NCBI GenBank assembly: GCA_030141605.1
Contig: JAQGDQ010001236.1
Span: 1-53,231, forward strand
DNA length: 53,231 bases
Source: Tubiluchus corallicola
Taxonomy: Eukaryota; Animalia; Priapulida
Direction of reading: 5' to 3'
Shown here: piece by piece, positions 1-11,880 of the stretch
Layout of the letters: each line of letters opens with the position of its first letter
Position numbering within the stretch: position 1 is the first letter of the stretch
Translations under genes and position numbers: made by a program
The notes under the pieces: generated by a model
Database searches by the model: none
Told to the model about the DNA's origin: nothing
What the model saw: the letters and a program-made list of their open reading frames with translations, nothing else

Positions 1-164
<164 letters not shown>

Positions 165-264
165 TTAATAAGCAAAGCTATATAAAAATGCTGTTTCAGT
201 ATTTTTTTACTAAATATTTGTAAGAATAGGAGTAGGAATATAAATATGTCATATTTTTTGGCTA

Positions 265-1416
265 TTATTTATTTGTTTTCTTTAAATGGGTTTGATAAAT
301 ACAACTGTGTTTATATTCTTCGTTGGGATTTAAGAGAACCGTTGGAAAACTTGGAAAATTTGGGGAGTCAGGGAAGTGTTGGGTTTCTAAACAAAATGCC
401 GAACGGTACTCATACTTTTTGTTTCCTTTTCCTACATCATTGCCTTTTATGAAATTTCCACCGTAGAACTGCATACCTGGTTGAGTAGTAAAAACATCCA
501 TTTGTATTCCACTATTTTCAGAGTATATACTAGATGCTAAACTTAGCTCATTGTCGTTTTTGTCTAGTACCCAATTGTGGTCATACCCCAGCCCATACTT
601 TAATTGCGAGAAATCATTATTTATTCTATCCCCAATTCGCGTAAATACTCTAAAATCCATAGGGGTATTTTCAACTGAGGAAATTTTACCTGTAGGTATT
701 AGATTTTCATTTATAGGTGTATAGTTTTTGGCATTAATCATTAGCATATGATTATTGATAGTGCCACTGCCAGCTCCGTCCAAATTGAAGAAAGAATGAT
801 GAGTTAAATTTATAATTGTTGGTTTGTCCGTTACACCCGAATACTCTACTTTGAATTCATTTTTATCGTTAAGAGAGTAAATCATCTTAATATTAAGATT
901 TCCGGGATAACCCTCTTCCATATCCTTAGATAAATATGAAAATTCAATAGTGTTTTTATTTTTTTGAACAGCATCCCAAACAACATCGTTGTATCCTACA
1001 TTACCACCATGCAAATGATTCTCTCCATTGTTAGTTGCCAAAGTGTATTCTTTGCCATTTAAACTAAATTTGCCTTTAGCAATTCTATTTGCATACCGCC
1101 CAACGACAGAGCCAAAATACCTTTCATTTGCATTGATATAGTCGTCTATATTATCGAACCCACATACAATGTCCACAAGATTTCCCTCCTTATCAGGTAC
1201 TAAGTAAGAAACAACTCTAGCCCCGTAGTTTGTAACAATAAGTTCTACTTCGTTTTTGTTACTTAGTTTAAAAATTTTTACAGACTTCCCATCAATAGTT
1301 TTTTCAAAATTCTCTGGCTTTATTCCTGCTTTATTCTCAAACTTATTGTCGTGAACACACTTTACATTTAAAGCTATTAGAATCATTATGAAAATTTTTA
1401 CAAAAGTATTAGTCAT
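265..1416 (-). CDS. galM: Aldose 1-epimerase (galactose mutarotase) with N-terminal signal/lipoprotein-like peptide
   Basis: Motifs GRYANRIAKG, NHLHGG, NLTHHSFFNL, GYDHNW, FCLETQHFPDSPN. Confidence 0.95.
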   Translation of the reverse strand: MTNTFVKIFIMILIALNVKCVHDNKFENKAGIKPENFEKTIDGKSVKIFKLSNKNEVELIVTNYGARVVSYLVPDKEGNLVDIVCGFDNIDDYINANERYFGSVVGRYANRIAKGKFSLNGKEYTLATNNGENHLHGGNVGYNDVVWDAVQKNKNTIEFSYLSKDMEEGYPGNLNIKMIYSLNDKNEFKVEYSGVTDKPTIINLTHHSFFNLDGAGSGTINNHMLMINAKNYTPINENLIPTGKISSVENTPMDFRVFTRIGDRINNDFSQLKYGLGYDHNWVLDKNDNELSLASSIYSENSGIQMDVFTTQPGMQFYGGNFIKGNDVGKGNKKYEYRSAFCLETQHFPDSPNFPSFPTVLLNPNEEYKHSCIYQTHLKKTNK

Positions 1417-1643
1417 ATTTTTAAATATTATTTCAAAAAGAATTGGTTAAAAAAATCTATTGAGCAAATATAAGAATATATTTAAGTAGATAAAGTAAAA
1501 TTGATATAATTCTATTGACACAAAAAACCACAAGATTTTCTTGTGGTTTTTTTAAAGATACCTTTCGCAGTTGCGATGGGAATAAAAATGTTCTTATTTT
1601 AATTGTAAAGACAATTCGTAAATTTAAGTCTCTTACATACTCA

Positions 1644-3707
1644 TTACTTTTTATCTATCAACTCTACACTACGTTTCAAGAACTTTGTAAGTTCCTCACC
1701 TTGTAGCATATTGTTGGAGAGTAGAGCTATATCTACCAGTTGTTTTACTATCTTATTCTTTTTTCCATACTCTTTCAAGGTTGTTTCTTTTTGGGCTTTA
1801 GTATCCTGTATTTTTTTGTCTACTTCTGCCATTTTGTCCTTGTCTTTTTGAGCTATTTCTTCTTCTTTTTTACCTTCTTTAGCTTTTTCAAGCTCTGCTT
1901 TTTCATCTTCCAAAGGCTTTAGCTCGGCAGTTATTACTTCTATTTCTTTGCCTACTTTTTCGTCTTTGTCAGTTAGTATTTGATTAACCAATGGATGATT
2001 TGCATTTACTACAAGGTTGTAACTATCAGGCATTTGTCCATAAAAATTCATACCTCCTCCTCCACTAGTTTGCATATCTTTCATTCTACGCATAAACTCT
2101 TGCTGTGTTACCAGCACAGGCAGGGCTTCTTCGCTCATAGGTTGAAAACTTACTACAAAGTTTTTTTTGTCATCGTTGGGCAATTGCGAACTAAACACAG
2201 GCGTGAGGTCAGTTTGTTGTTCAGCAGTTAGTTTCGATTCTATTTTTTCATCTTTTTCTATTAACTTATCTACTGTATCTGCGTCTACTCTTACAAAATG
2301 TGTTTCTTTTAATTTTTGCTCTAAGTGATTTACAAAATGGGTGTCAAAATGTCCATCCATCAACAATACATCATAGCCTTTAGACTTTGCAGCCTCTATA
2401 AAGCTATATTGTTTGTCTCTATCAGTAGCATACAAATATACCGTTTTGTTGTTCTTATCAGTTTGGTTTTCCTTTACCAATGTAGCATATTCTTCGAAAG
2501 TAAAGTATTTTCCATCAGTGTTTTTGAACAAGAAAAATTTTTCTGCTCTTTCATAGAATTTTTCTTCTGTGAGCATACCATATTCTATGAATAGTTTCAA
2601 GTCGTCCCATTTTTCTTCAAATTGCTTGCGATCTTTTTTAAAAATATCGTTCAGCCTGTCTGCTACTTTTTTAGTAATATGGCTAGATATCTTTTTTACA
2701 TTGCTATCGCTTTGTAAATAAGAGCGCGATACGTTGAGCGGAATATCTGGCGAGTCCAACACACCGTGTAGCAAGGTCAAAAACTCAGGAACAATGCCTT
2801 CTACAGAATCAGTAACAAACACTTGATTGCAATAGAGTTGTATCTTGTTCTTTTGTACCTGTATATTCTCCTTGATACGCGGGAAGTAAAGTATCCCTGT
2901 AAGGTTGAATGGGTAATCTACGTTGAGGTGAATGTTGAACAAAGGCTCTTCTGACATAGGATAGAGGTCGTTGTAAAACTTATTGTAGTCTTCATCCTTT
3001 AAGTCAGCAGGCTTTTTAGTCCAAGCAGGGTTGGTGTCGTTGATAATATTTGGTTCGTCCAATTCTACCTCTTTACCATCCTTCCATTCTGTTTTTTTGC
3101 CAAAAATTATTTCTACAGGCAAGAACTTACAATATTTAGAAAGTAGTTCTCGTATTTTATTATCTTCTAAAAAAGCCTCATTCTCTTTATCTATGTGTAG
3201 TACAATGTCTGTTCCATGTTCTTTTTTTGTGCTGTCTTCTATTTCATAGTTGGGGTCTCCTTTGCACGACCATTTTACAGCTTTGCTATCTTTCTTGTAG
3301 GATTTTGTAATGATTTCTACCTTTTCTGCCACCATAAACGAAGAATAAAAACCCAGTCCAAAGTGTCCTATAATAGCCTGCTTATTGTCTTTATATTTGT
3401 CTAAAAACTCCTCTGCTCCTGAGAATGCTATTTGGTTAATGTATTTCTCTATTTCTTCAGCAGTCATACCTATACCTCTGTCTGATATAGTAATAGTTTT
3501 TTCTTTCTTATTGGCTTTCACCTCTACACGAAGCTCGCCAAGTTCGCCCTTGAAATCACCAACAGATGCTAAAGTTCTTAGCTTTTGGCTTGCATCTACA
3601 GCGTTGGAAACCAATTCGCGTAGAAAGATTTCGTGGTCAGAGTATAAGAATTTTTTGATTATTGGGAAGATGTTTTCGGACGTTACTCCTATATTTCCTT
3701 TTGACAT
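1644..3707 (-). CDS. htpG: Molecular chaperone HtpG (Hsp90)
   Basis: FLRELVSNAVDA, DRGIGMT, IGHFGLGFYS, DIPLNVSRSYLQ motifs; Bacteroidota-type N-terminus. Confidence 0.97.
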   Translation of the reverse strand: MSKGNIGVTSENIFPIIKKFLYSDHEIFLRELVSNAVDASQKLRTLASVGDFKGELGELRVEVKANKKEKTITISDRGIGMTAEEIEKYINQIAFSGAEEFLDKYKDNKQAIIGHFGLGFYSSFMVAEKVEIITKSYKKDSKAVKWSCKGDPNYEIEDSTKKEHGTDIVLHIDKENEAFLEDNKIRELLSKYCKFLPVEIIFGKKTEWKDGKEVELDEPNIINDTNPAWTKKPADLKDEDYNKFYNDLYPMSEEPLFNIHLNVDYPFNLTGILYFPRIKENIQVQKNKIQLYCNQVFVTDSVEGIVPEFLTLLHGVLDSPDIPLNVSRSYLQSDSNVKKISSHITKKVADRLNDIFKKDRKQFEEKWDDLKLFIEYGMLTEEKFYERAEKFFLFKNTDGKYFTFEEYATLVKENQTDKNNKTVYLYATDRDKQYSFIEAAKSKGYDVLLMDGHFDTHFVNHLEQKLKETHFVRVDADTVDKLIEKDEKIESKLTAEQQTDLTPVFSSQLPNDDKKNFVVSFQPMSEEALPVLVTQQEFMRRMKDMQTSGGGGMNFYGQMPDSYNLVVNANHPLVNQILTDKDEKVGKEIEVITAELKPLEDEKAELEKAKEGKKEEEIAQKDKDKMAEVDKKIQDTKAQKETTLKEYGKKNKIVKQLVDIALLSNNMLQGEELTKFLKRSVELIDKK

Positions 3708-4124
3708 AATAAATAATGTATTTTAATAATTTATATAATGAAATAATTTTATTACTTTGTTAATGAATAGTTTTTCAAATCAAGTGCCAAAAAATAAATA
3801 ATGCCAAAATGACAGTAAAAAAATGAAAATATTTTACGAATAATCAAGGATGAAAAATTTTGATAACAGCATACAAACCTATGCCAGTTTAATAAAAAAT
3901 GGAATAGCATTTGCTCTTTACTTACTGCTATTTGCAAGATTTTAAAGTTCCTTTGTGGTTCTATTTTCTATTGTAGAGTACACAAAGTTTAACACAATAG
4001 CTTGCAAGGATTAATGTAACATAATTAATATAATATAAAACTATATACTGTTGCCAAAATAAGTTTGCTTGCAACTATTTTCGGTTTTTGCATCTTAGAT
4101 ATATAGTAACGTAAAAAAAAATAA

Positions 4125-4994
4125 ATGAGAAATATTGTTATCACAGGAGTTTCCTCAGGAATAGGCTATGGAGCTTTGAAAAGATTTATAGAAAAAGATT
4201 TTCGTGTCTTTGGTAGCGTTAGAAAAGAAGAAGATGCCCAAAGGCTACAAAAAGAATTTGGAGAGAATTTTATTCCTCTGCTTTTTGATGTTACTGACCA
4301 AAAATCCATCTCTAAGAATGTGAAAATTGTTGAAGCAAAAATTGGTAATGAAGGGTTAGCAGGTTTGATAAACAACGCAGGAGTTGCCAATGGAGGGCCT
4401 TTAATGCACTACCCAGTCGAAAGTTTTAGAAAGGATATGGAGGTTTTAGTTGTTGGGCAATTGGCTGTAACACAGGCATTTCTTCCTCTTTTGGGAGCAA
4501 AAAAGAATTGTCCTTATCCTGCGGGTAGGATAATTAATATAAGTTCTGTGCGAGGAAAAATAGCCTATCCTTTTATGGGAGGCTATGTAGCAGCTAAGCA
4601 CGCACTGGAAGGGCTCTCCAAATCATTACGAATAGAGCTACAATTATATGGTATTGATGTTATTATTGTTGGAGCAGGAAAGATAGATACACTTGGCTGG
4701 GAGAAAGCTACACAGAACGTAATAGAAAATTATAAGAATACAGACTATAATAAACCATTGAGAGTTTTAGAAGAACTGTTGTCAAAGTCGTTGGACAAGA
4801 AAAGGATAATTAGCTTAGAGAAGTTTAGCCAAATACTATATAATATTTTTGAAACCAAAAACCCTAAACCAAGATATGTTATCGTGAAAAATAAATTTAA
4901 GAATTGGATAATACCAAGGTTGATGCCTGTTAGAATTATGAATAAGCTTATTGCCTCAAAACTTAATATGACGAATATAAATAGTTCAATATAA
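4125..4994 (+). CDS. Short-chain dehydrogenase/reductase
   Basis: TGVSSGIG, NNAG and YVAAK (YxxxK) motifs. Confidence 0.9.
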   Translation: MRNIVITGVSSGIGYGALKRFIEKDFRVFGSVRKEEDAQRLQKEFGENFIPLLFDVTDQKSISKNVKIVEAKIGNEGLAGLINNAGVANGGPLMHYPVESFRKDMEVLVVGQLAVTQAFLPLLGAKKNCPYPAGRIINISSVRGKIAYPFMGGYVAAKHALEGLSKSLRIELQLYGIDVIIVGAGKIDTLGWEKATQNVIENYKNTDYNKPLRVLEELLSKSLDKKRIISLEKFSQILYNIFETKNPKPRYVIVKNKFKNWIIPRLMPVRIMNKLIASKLNMTNINSSI

Positions 4995-5397
4995 TTTAAA
5001 GAGGTTTGTTCTTTTTATAAAAGATTATAAACACTATGAGGAACAAACATATCATTCATTTCCAAGTTTCTGAAAATAAATTTAGAGAAATATCTGGTCT
5101 TTTTAGCTTTGATATCAGGGGCTAAAAAACACCGCAAGTAGTATATATTTTACCTCCTACGATTAACAAAGTTTATGACAAAGTCAAAAAGGCTATGGCA
5201 AGAGAATGAGAAAGAATAAGTTTTTTTGAAGAATTTGAAATACAAAACATTCGTGAATATTATTGCCTCTTAATCAATCAATGAACAGTTTAAACTTAAC
5301 TATCGTGAAAATAATTTATATATTTGCTTGCTGAAACTAATAAAAAATTCCCCTTAAATTATTTTGAGTCATATAAACAAATATAATAAGATAAAGA

Positions 5398-6107
5398 ATG
5401 TTCAAAAATTATCCTAAAAAAAGAAAACCTCTTCCCGAAAAATTCAAAAATATTTATTCCGAATATTATAAAAAAAATAGAAATGGGCAAACTTCTGCTT
5501 CTTGGTTATCTCAAAAAATGGAAACTTGGCTACACAAAAAAGTAGCGGAAGATGTAAAAAAAAACATAATAAAACAACATTAGAAATTGGAGGAGGCACA
5601 CTAAATCACTTTGATTATGAAAAGCCTCAATATTATGATGTAATAGAACCTTTTAAAGAATTATACATTGATTCTCCACTGAAAAATAAAATTAACAAAT
5701 TTTATTCTGATGTTGAAAATATAAATGTAGCAACTAAGTATGATAGAATTATTTCAATTGCAACTCTTGAACATATTTTAGACCTGCCCAAAGTGATAGC
5801 AAAAACATGTATATTATTAGAAAAAACAGGTTCACTGCGAGTTTCAATTCCTAGTGAAGGAACTTTTCTTTGGAAATTAGGATGGCTACTCACAACGGGA
5901 CTTGAATTTAAAATTAGGTATGGGTTAGATTATGGAATATTAATAAAATACGAGCATGTTAATACAGCCAGTGAAATAGAACAGATTCTAAAATACTTTT
6001 ATAAGGATGTTAAACAATCATATTTCGGATTAAGCAAAGGTCTCTCTCTTTATCAGTTTTATAACTGTTCCAATCCCATTATAAGTAAAGCAAAACAATT
6101 TACTTGA
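5398..6107 (+). pseudogene. Class I SAM-dependent methyltransferase split by a frameshift in an A9 run (5556-5564)
   Basis: ORF 5398-5583 and ORF 5502-6107 (LEIGGG motif I, YDRIISIATLEH) join into one frame if one A is added. Confidence 0.7.
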
Positions 6108-6358
6108 AAAATAAAAAGTTATAACCACTTTTTAATATTACTCTAATAGTTATGTAAGTATCCTTATTATCACTATTAGTATTAAAACCTATGAAAAGAT
6201 AGTTGAATTAGACAAATTTAGTCAAATATTATTATAGCTTTGCCTAAAAAGCCAAATCATAGTATGTTGTTGTAAAACAAAAAAACAGCAATTAGACAAC
6301 CCAATAGCAAAAAGTACTACACTGTGCGAATCCCCAAATTTGCAACTTCTACTATTTT

Positions 6359-7105
6359 CTAAGCATCCATTCCACCTGTTACAGACAGTACCTCGCGGGT
6401 AACATACGAAGATAAGTCAGAGGCTAAGTACACAGCTGTTTTAGCTACATCTTCGGATGTCCCAGCTCGTTTTAAAGGTATTTTTTTGTTCCAGTCTTCT
6501 TTTACTGCTTCTGGTAATTTTTCAGTCATTTCAGTAGCAATAAAACCGGGGGCAATAGCATTGCATCGTATATTTCTACCTCCTAATTCTTTGGCTACTG
6601 ATTTTGTGAAACCAATGATTCCCGCCTTAGAGGCAGAGTAGTTGGCTTGTCCGGGATTGCCTCCTATGCCTACTATGGAACTAATGTTGATGATAGAACC
6701 GCTGCGTTGTTTAAGCATTGTAGTTTGCACAGCTTTAGTAAAGTTAAAAACTGATTTTAAATTGACATTGATAACTGCATCCCACTGGGCTTCTGTCATT
6801 CGCATCAGTAGTGTGTCTTGTGTGATACCTGCATTATTAACCAGTACATCTACTTGTCCAAAATCTTTGATTATTTGTTCCACCACCGTTTGTGTTTCGT
6901 CAAATTTGCTGGCATCCGAGGCGTAAGCCTTGGCTTTTACGTCAAATGCTATTAGTTCTTTTTCCGTATTTTTGGCACTATCATCTATTGTCAAATCAGT
7001 AAAGGCTATGTTAGCACCTTGTTTCGCGCACTCTAAAGCTATGGCTTTTCCTATTCCTCTGGCTCCTCCTGTAACGATAGCTACTTTTCCTTCTAATAGT
7101 TTCAT
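6359..7105 (-). CDS. fabG: 3-oxoacyl-ACP reductase
   Basis: TGGARGIG, NNAGITQDTLLMRM, GQANYSASKAG, IPLKR motifs. Confidence 0.93.
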   Translation of the reverse strand: MKLLEGKVAIVTGGARGIGKAIALECAKQGANIAFTDLTIDDSAKNTEKELIAFDVKAKAYASDASKFDETQTVVEQIIKDFGQVDVLVNNAGITQDTLLMRMTEAQWDAVINVNLKSVFNFTKAVQTTMLKQRSGSIINISSIVGIGGNPGQANYSASKAGIIGFTKSVAKELGGRNIRCNAIAPGFIATEMTEKLPEAVKEDWNKKIPLKRAGTSEDVAKTAVYLASDLSSYVTREVLSVTGGMDA

Positions 7106-7251
7106 TATTTTGTAGTTTTGAATATATTTGTATGTTACAAATGTATATTTTTTTACCTAATACTAAAAAACTAATATTTAAAAGTTTTCTCAAGTTGATA
7201 AAAAGGATGAAATAATAAAGATAAAATTTATTATTTTCAATTTTCAACTTT

Positions 7252-8436
7252 TTAATAAAGAGCTTTCTTTACTCTGCCAAATGCTTTTTCAAGATTTTCA
7301 TCAGAGGTAGCATAAGATGTTCTCAGGCAATTGGGTGCAGCGAAATCAGTGCCGGACACAATAGCCACCTGAGCTTTTTCTAAAAGATACATACTAAAAT
7401 CTTCTGCATTATTAATAGTTATGCCATTGAGAGTTTTCCCAAAAAAAGCACTCACATCAGGCAATAAATAAAATGCTCCTTCGGGCAGATAGGTTTTTAT
7501 TTCTGGTATTTCTTTGAGCAAGTCAAGGCACATATCTCTCCTCTTTTGGAATGCTTGTCGCATCGTTTCCACTTCGGGTATATCTGTTGTATAGGCTTTT
7601 AGGGTAGCCCTTTGAGCTATGGCACAAGCACCTGATGTAAATTGGGTTTGTAGTTTGGTGCATCCTTTCACTATCCATTCGGGAGCGGCGATGTAACCTA
7701 TTCGCCAACCTGTCATTGCAAAACCTTTGGACACTCCATTAGCAACTATTACTCGGTTTTTTATTTGGTCAAATTGTGCAATGCTCTCGTGCTTGCCCAC
7801 GTAGTTGAGGTATTCATATATCTCGTCCGAAATGGTATATACTTGTGGGTGCCTTTCTAAAACTTGAGCTATTTCTTTGAGTTCTTGATGCGAATAGACG
7901 CTACCTGTAGGGTTGGAGGGGGAGTTGAGCATAAGCACTTTGGTGCGTGGTGTAATAGCAGCTTCTAACTGATTGGCTGTTATCTTGTATAAGTTGTTAA
8001 TACCTGCTGTTACTGTCTTTATTTCTCCCTCTGCCACTTTCACCATATCAAAATAACTGAGCCATGCTGGTGTAGGAATGATTACCTCATCGCCTTTATT
8101 TACTAAGGTCATCAACACATTCATTATAGCTTGTTTAGTGCCTGCTGAGATGATAATCTCTTCTGCAGTATAACTAAGGTTATTTTCTTTTTTTAGTTTG
8201 TTGGCTATAGCTTTTCTTACATCTAAAAAACCGGGTATTGGAGGATAGTGTGTATAGTTATTATTGATAGCATTTATACCTGCTTGTTTGATAACTTGTG
8301 GAGTGTCAAAATCAGGCTCACCTATACTAAGATTGATAATATCAACACCTTGTGCTTGTAACTCTCTACTCTTTTGAGACATTACTATAATTTTAGAAGG
8401 CTTGATATTTTGTAATCTTTTTGATAGCTGTTCCAT
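7252..8436 (-). CDS. PLP-dependent class I/II aminotransferase (aspartate aminotransferase-like)
   Basis: GEPDFDTP, NSPSNPTG, SDEIYE, SKGFAMTGWRIG. Confidence 0.93.
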   Translation of the reverse strand: MEQLSKRLQNIKPSKIIVMSQKSRELQAQGVDIINLSIGEPDFDTPQVIKQAGINAINNNYTHYPPIPGFLDVRKAIANKLKKENNLSYTAEEIIISAGTKQAIMNVLMTLVNKGDEVIIPTPAWLSYFDMVKVAEGEIKTVTAGINNLYKITANQLEAAITPRTKVLMLNSPSNPTGSVYSHQELKEIAQVLERHPQVYTISDEIYEYLNYVGKHESIAQFDQIKNRVIVANGVSKGFAMTGWRIGYIAAPEWIVKGCTKLQTQFTSGACAIAQRATLKAYTTDIPEVETMRQAFQKRRDMCLDLLKEIPEIKTYLPEGAFYLLPDVSAFFGKTLNGITINNAEDFSMYLLEKAQVAIVSGTDFAAPNCLRTSYATSDENLEKAFGRVKKALY

Positions 8437-8518
8437 ATATTATAATGGTATTAAATGAAATTTATTTATTATTGTAGCTTGAAAAATTATTTTTTTTAAA
8501 CTCACAAATATATAGATA

Positions 8519-9055
8519 ATGAAAGAAATATTAGAAATATTAAAATATGTTTTGCCATCAGTAGTAGTTTTTTTTACTGCTTATTTCATTATCAAGTCCT
8601 TGTTGAAAAGTCATTATAAAGTGCTTAGCAGCCAACAATTTATTGAGATAAACAAAGAAAGAAGTAAACAAATAACCCCCGTTCGCCTAAGAGCTTACGA
8701 ACGCTTAATTTTATTTTTAGAACGCATTTCTCCTGACAATATGGTGTTGAGACTGAATAAGAAAGGAATGACTAATCAGCAGCTACACGCCGAATTAATA
8801 AATAATATTAGTTCAGAGTTTCACCACAATGTAGCTCAACAAGTTTATATATCTTCTGATTTGTGGCGAGTGGTAAGAAGTGCAAAAGAAAATACGGTGA
8901 AATTTTTAAATATTGTGAATGGTAAAGTGAAGCCAGATGGACCTTCTATAGGACTAAGTCAAAAGGTGTTAGAACAGGTAGTAGCTATGAAGAGAGAACT
9001 ACCTACTAAAATTGCTATTGAGGCAGTAAAAAAAGAGATAAGAGAATTGTTTTAA
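8519..9055 (+). CDS. Conserved Bacteroidota membrane-anchored hypothetical protein
   Basis: N-terminal TM helix; RLRAYERLILFLERI and EFHHNVAQQVY motifs. Confidence 0.75.
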   Translation: MKEILEILKYVLPSVVVFFTAYFIIKSLLKSHYKVLSSQQFIEINKERSKQITPVRLRAYERLILFLERISPDNMVLRLNKKGMTNQQLHAELINNISSEFHHNVAQQVYISSDLWRVVRSAKENTVKFLNIVNGKVKPDGPSIGLSQKVLEQVVAMKRELPTKIAIEAVKKEIRELF

Positions 9056-9117
9056 CCTCTTATTTTGAAAACTTCTAAAAATACGTTTTTTTTGAGAAAA
9101 GTATTAGGTTTAATCTA

Positions 9118-11205
9118 ATGATCCAAAGCATTACTATAGCCCATTCTCCATTATTTCTGTTACTATGTGTAGCACTTGCTACTTTTTTTACTTATTTACT
9201 TTATCGCAAAGAAAAAAAATTTGGCAACATTAAAAGTTGGAAATTTATTACTCTTGTTTTATTGCGTTTTTTATCTGTTTTCCTAATATCTTTACTGCTG
9301 ATTTCTCCTTTTATAGAAATCCAAAAGAAAACAATAGAACCTCCTATTATTGTTTTTGCTCAAGATAATTCGCAGTCCATTCTCAACAACAAAGACTCTC
9401 TGTATTATAGAACCACCTACCAGCAGGTAGTTTCAAATACTCTTGAACAACTCTCTAAGCGTCATACTCCTGCTCTTTACACTTTTGGTGAAGAGGTGAA
9501 AAAAGAGGGTGTTCTTTCATTTAATGAAAGAACTTCTGACTATACTCAACTATTTACAGAGTTGCAAAATAGATATGCTAATAGAAATCTTGGAGCGATT
9601 ATCATTGCAGGTGATGGTTTATACAATAAAGGCTTAGAACCTAATTATGCAATTCAGTCTATTCCTGTTCCTATTTATTCAATACTACTTGGTGATACTA
9701 CTGAAGTAAAGGATGCATCTATTGTAGAAATTAAAACTAATAAAATGACTTTTATTGGTAACAATTTCCCTGTGCAAGTGCAAATAGAAGCTAACAAACT
9801 AAAAAGTAAAACAGCCTTTTTGGAAATATATAATGGAGCTAAAAAAATTGCTCAAAAGCCTGTATTTATTGACAGTGATAACTTTTTTCAGGCTTATGAT
9901 TTCAACATAAAAGCAGAAAAGATAGGTAATAATAAATTTCAAGTCAGATTGACAGAAATAGAAAACGAGTTTTCCTACAAAAATAACCAACAGGATTTTT
10001 ACATTGAAGTTGTAGACCGTAAAACAAAAATACTTATTCTTGGTAGTTCCCCTCATCCTGATATAAAAGCCATAAAAAATACTTTGGAGAGTAGCAATTA
10101 TTTTGAGGTGGAAGTATGGGACAAGAAGAAAAGTATTCAAAATGCCTCTTACGACCTTATAATAATGCATCAAATACCTGATAAATATACTGATAACAAG
10201 GAGCTTATCAACAGTTTTATACGAAAAAAAACACCTTTACTTTTCATCTTTGGGCAGAATCTATCTTCTCAAAAATTTAACAACTTAAATATTGGAATTA
10301 CAGTACCAGTCAATAGTACTTTTACCAATGCACTGGCTAATATTAATAAACAATTTTTGCTTTTCGATGCAGATCCAAAGCTGCAAGAAACTCTCAACGT
10401 ACTCCCTCCACTTTACACATTTAGAGAAGATATACAAGCCAATGTTCCTCTTAACACTCTTATTTTTAAGAAAATAAGTGGACAGAATACACAACAGCCA
10501 CTTATAACTTTCTTTACTCGCAATCAACATAAAATAGGTATAGTAGTGGGAGAGGGGCTATGGCAATGGAAAATGCACAGTTACATTCAAATGGAAACAC
10601 ACAGTATTTTCAACAATCTTATTTATCAAATGATACAATACCTTGCTCTTAAAAACAGAAAGGAAAATATCTACTTACAATATAAAAATACTTTCAACGA
10701 AAACGAACCTATTACTATCAGTGCTGAAATATACAACCAAAGTCAAAAACTCACACCCAAAGCACAGCTTACTCTTGTTCTGAAAGATTTACAACAAAAT
10801 GAACAACAGTATTCCTTTACTCCCGTACCCGACTCCACCTATCATTTGCATATAGGCACATTACCTACTGGCAATTATTCCTTGGAAGTTGCAGCACAAC
10901 TTGGAGACAAAGTAATGAGCAGAGCAGGCTCTTTTGCTGTTGTACCATTGAACCTTGAAAGCAGAAATATTACTGCTGATGCTAATCTAATGTATAGGCT
11001 CACCAAAGGCAAGCCTGAACAATTTTATACCCCTAACAATATTAATAAAATAGTGAAGGATATAGAAACTAATCCCAACATTGCCCCCCTCTCAAAAGTA
11101 GAAAATAAAATTACTAGTATTATCAATCGTAAAGCTATCTTTTTTTTCATACTCATACTTCTTGCAGCCGAATGGTTTGTCAGAAAAATAAGCGGAGTGT
11201 ATTAA
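9118..11205 (+). CDS. Membrane protein with VWA-like domain
   Basis: Two N-terminal TM helices, DNSQS MIDAS-like motif, GDGLYN, C-terminal TM ending EWFVRK. Confidence 0.75.
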   Translation: MIQSITIAHSPLFLLLCVALATFFTYLLYRKEKKFGNIKSWKFITLVLLRFLSVFLISLLLISPFIEIQKKTIEPPIIVFAQDNSQSILNNKDSLYYRTTYQQVVSNTLEQLSKRHTPALYTFGEEVKKEGVLSFNERTSDYTQLFTELQNRYANRNLGAIIIAGDGLYNKGLEPNYAIQSIPVPIYSILLGDTTEVKDASIVEIKTNKMTFIGNNFPVQVQIEANKLKSKTAFLEIYNGAKKIAQKPVFIDSDNFFQAYDFNIKAEKIGNNKFQVRLTEIENEFSYKNNQQDFYIEVVDRKTKILILGSSPHPDIKAIKNTLESSNYFEVEVWDKKKSIQNASYDLIIMHQIPDKYTDNKELINSFIRKKTPLLFIFGQNLSSQKFNNLNIGITVPVNSTFTNALANINKQFLLFDADPKLQETLNVLPPLYTFREDIQANVPLNTLIFKKISGQNTQQPLITFFTRNQHKIGIVVGEGLWQWKMHSYIQMETHSIFNNLIYQMIQYLALKNRKENIYLQYKNTFNENEPITISAEIYNQSQKLTPKAQLTLVLKDLQQNEQQYSFTPVPDSTYHLHIGTLPTGNYSLEVAAQLGDKVMSRAGSFAVVPLNLESRNITADANLMYRLTKGKPEQFYTPNNINKIVKDIETNPNIAPLSKVENKITSIINRKAIFFFILILLAAEWFVRKISGVY

Positions 11206-11232
11206 AATAAGGTAACGTTTAATTTAAAAATT

Positions 11233-11853
11233 ATGAAACCAATAACATTCGTAGCTCTTTTTGCTTTAACATTGGGTACTTATGCACAAAGCATTAATTA
11301 CAAAAAATATGGTATAGATACAGTACAAGGAATACCCACAGGCTTACAAGAAGGAGAAAAAGCTCCTATGTTCGAAGCACAAGACCAAAATGGCAAAAAA
11401 GTGTCGTTGAAAAAACAACTCAAAAAGGGTAAAGTAGTGTTATTCTTTTATCGTGGGCATTGGTGTTCAGTGTGCAATAAACATTTAGAAAAATTTCAAA
11501 ATGACTTTTATCAGATAACTGAAAAGGGAGCAAGTGTAATTGCAGTAACACCTCAAAAAACAGAGTATATCAACAGGAGTATAAAGAAGCACAAACTTAT
11601 CTTTTCAATAGTATCTGACGAAGATTATAAAATAATGAACGACTATAAAGTAAATTTTAACCTTACCAGTTCATATGAAAGTAAAACTAAGTTGGTAGGG
11701 ATACAAGTAGCAAAATCTAATGTAGATGATGCTGCTATATTACCCATACCTGCTACTTATATTATCAACAAAAAAGGCGTTATAGAAAAAGTGTTTTTTG
11801 ACCCTAACTATAAAAATAGAGCTACTGTAGAAGACATTCTACCTTATTTATAG
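11233..11853 (+). CDS. AhpC/TSA-family peroxiredoxin-like protein with signal peptide
   Basis: FYRGHWCSVC, LPIPATYII motifs. Confidence 0.85.
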   Translation: MKPITFVALFALTLGTYAQSINYKKYGIDTVQGIPTGLQEGEKAPMFEAQDQNGKKVSLKKQLKKGKVVLFFYRGHWCSVCNKHLEKFQNDFYQITEKGASVIAVTPQKTEYINRSIKKHKLIFSIVSDEDYKIMNDYKVNFNLTSSYESKTKLVGIQVAKSNVDDAAILPIPATYIINKKGVIEKVFFDPNYKNRATVEDILPYL

Positions 11854-11880
11854 CTCTTTTGCCTAAAATCTATTAATATA

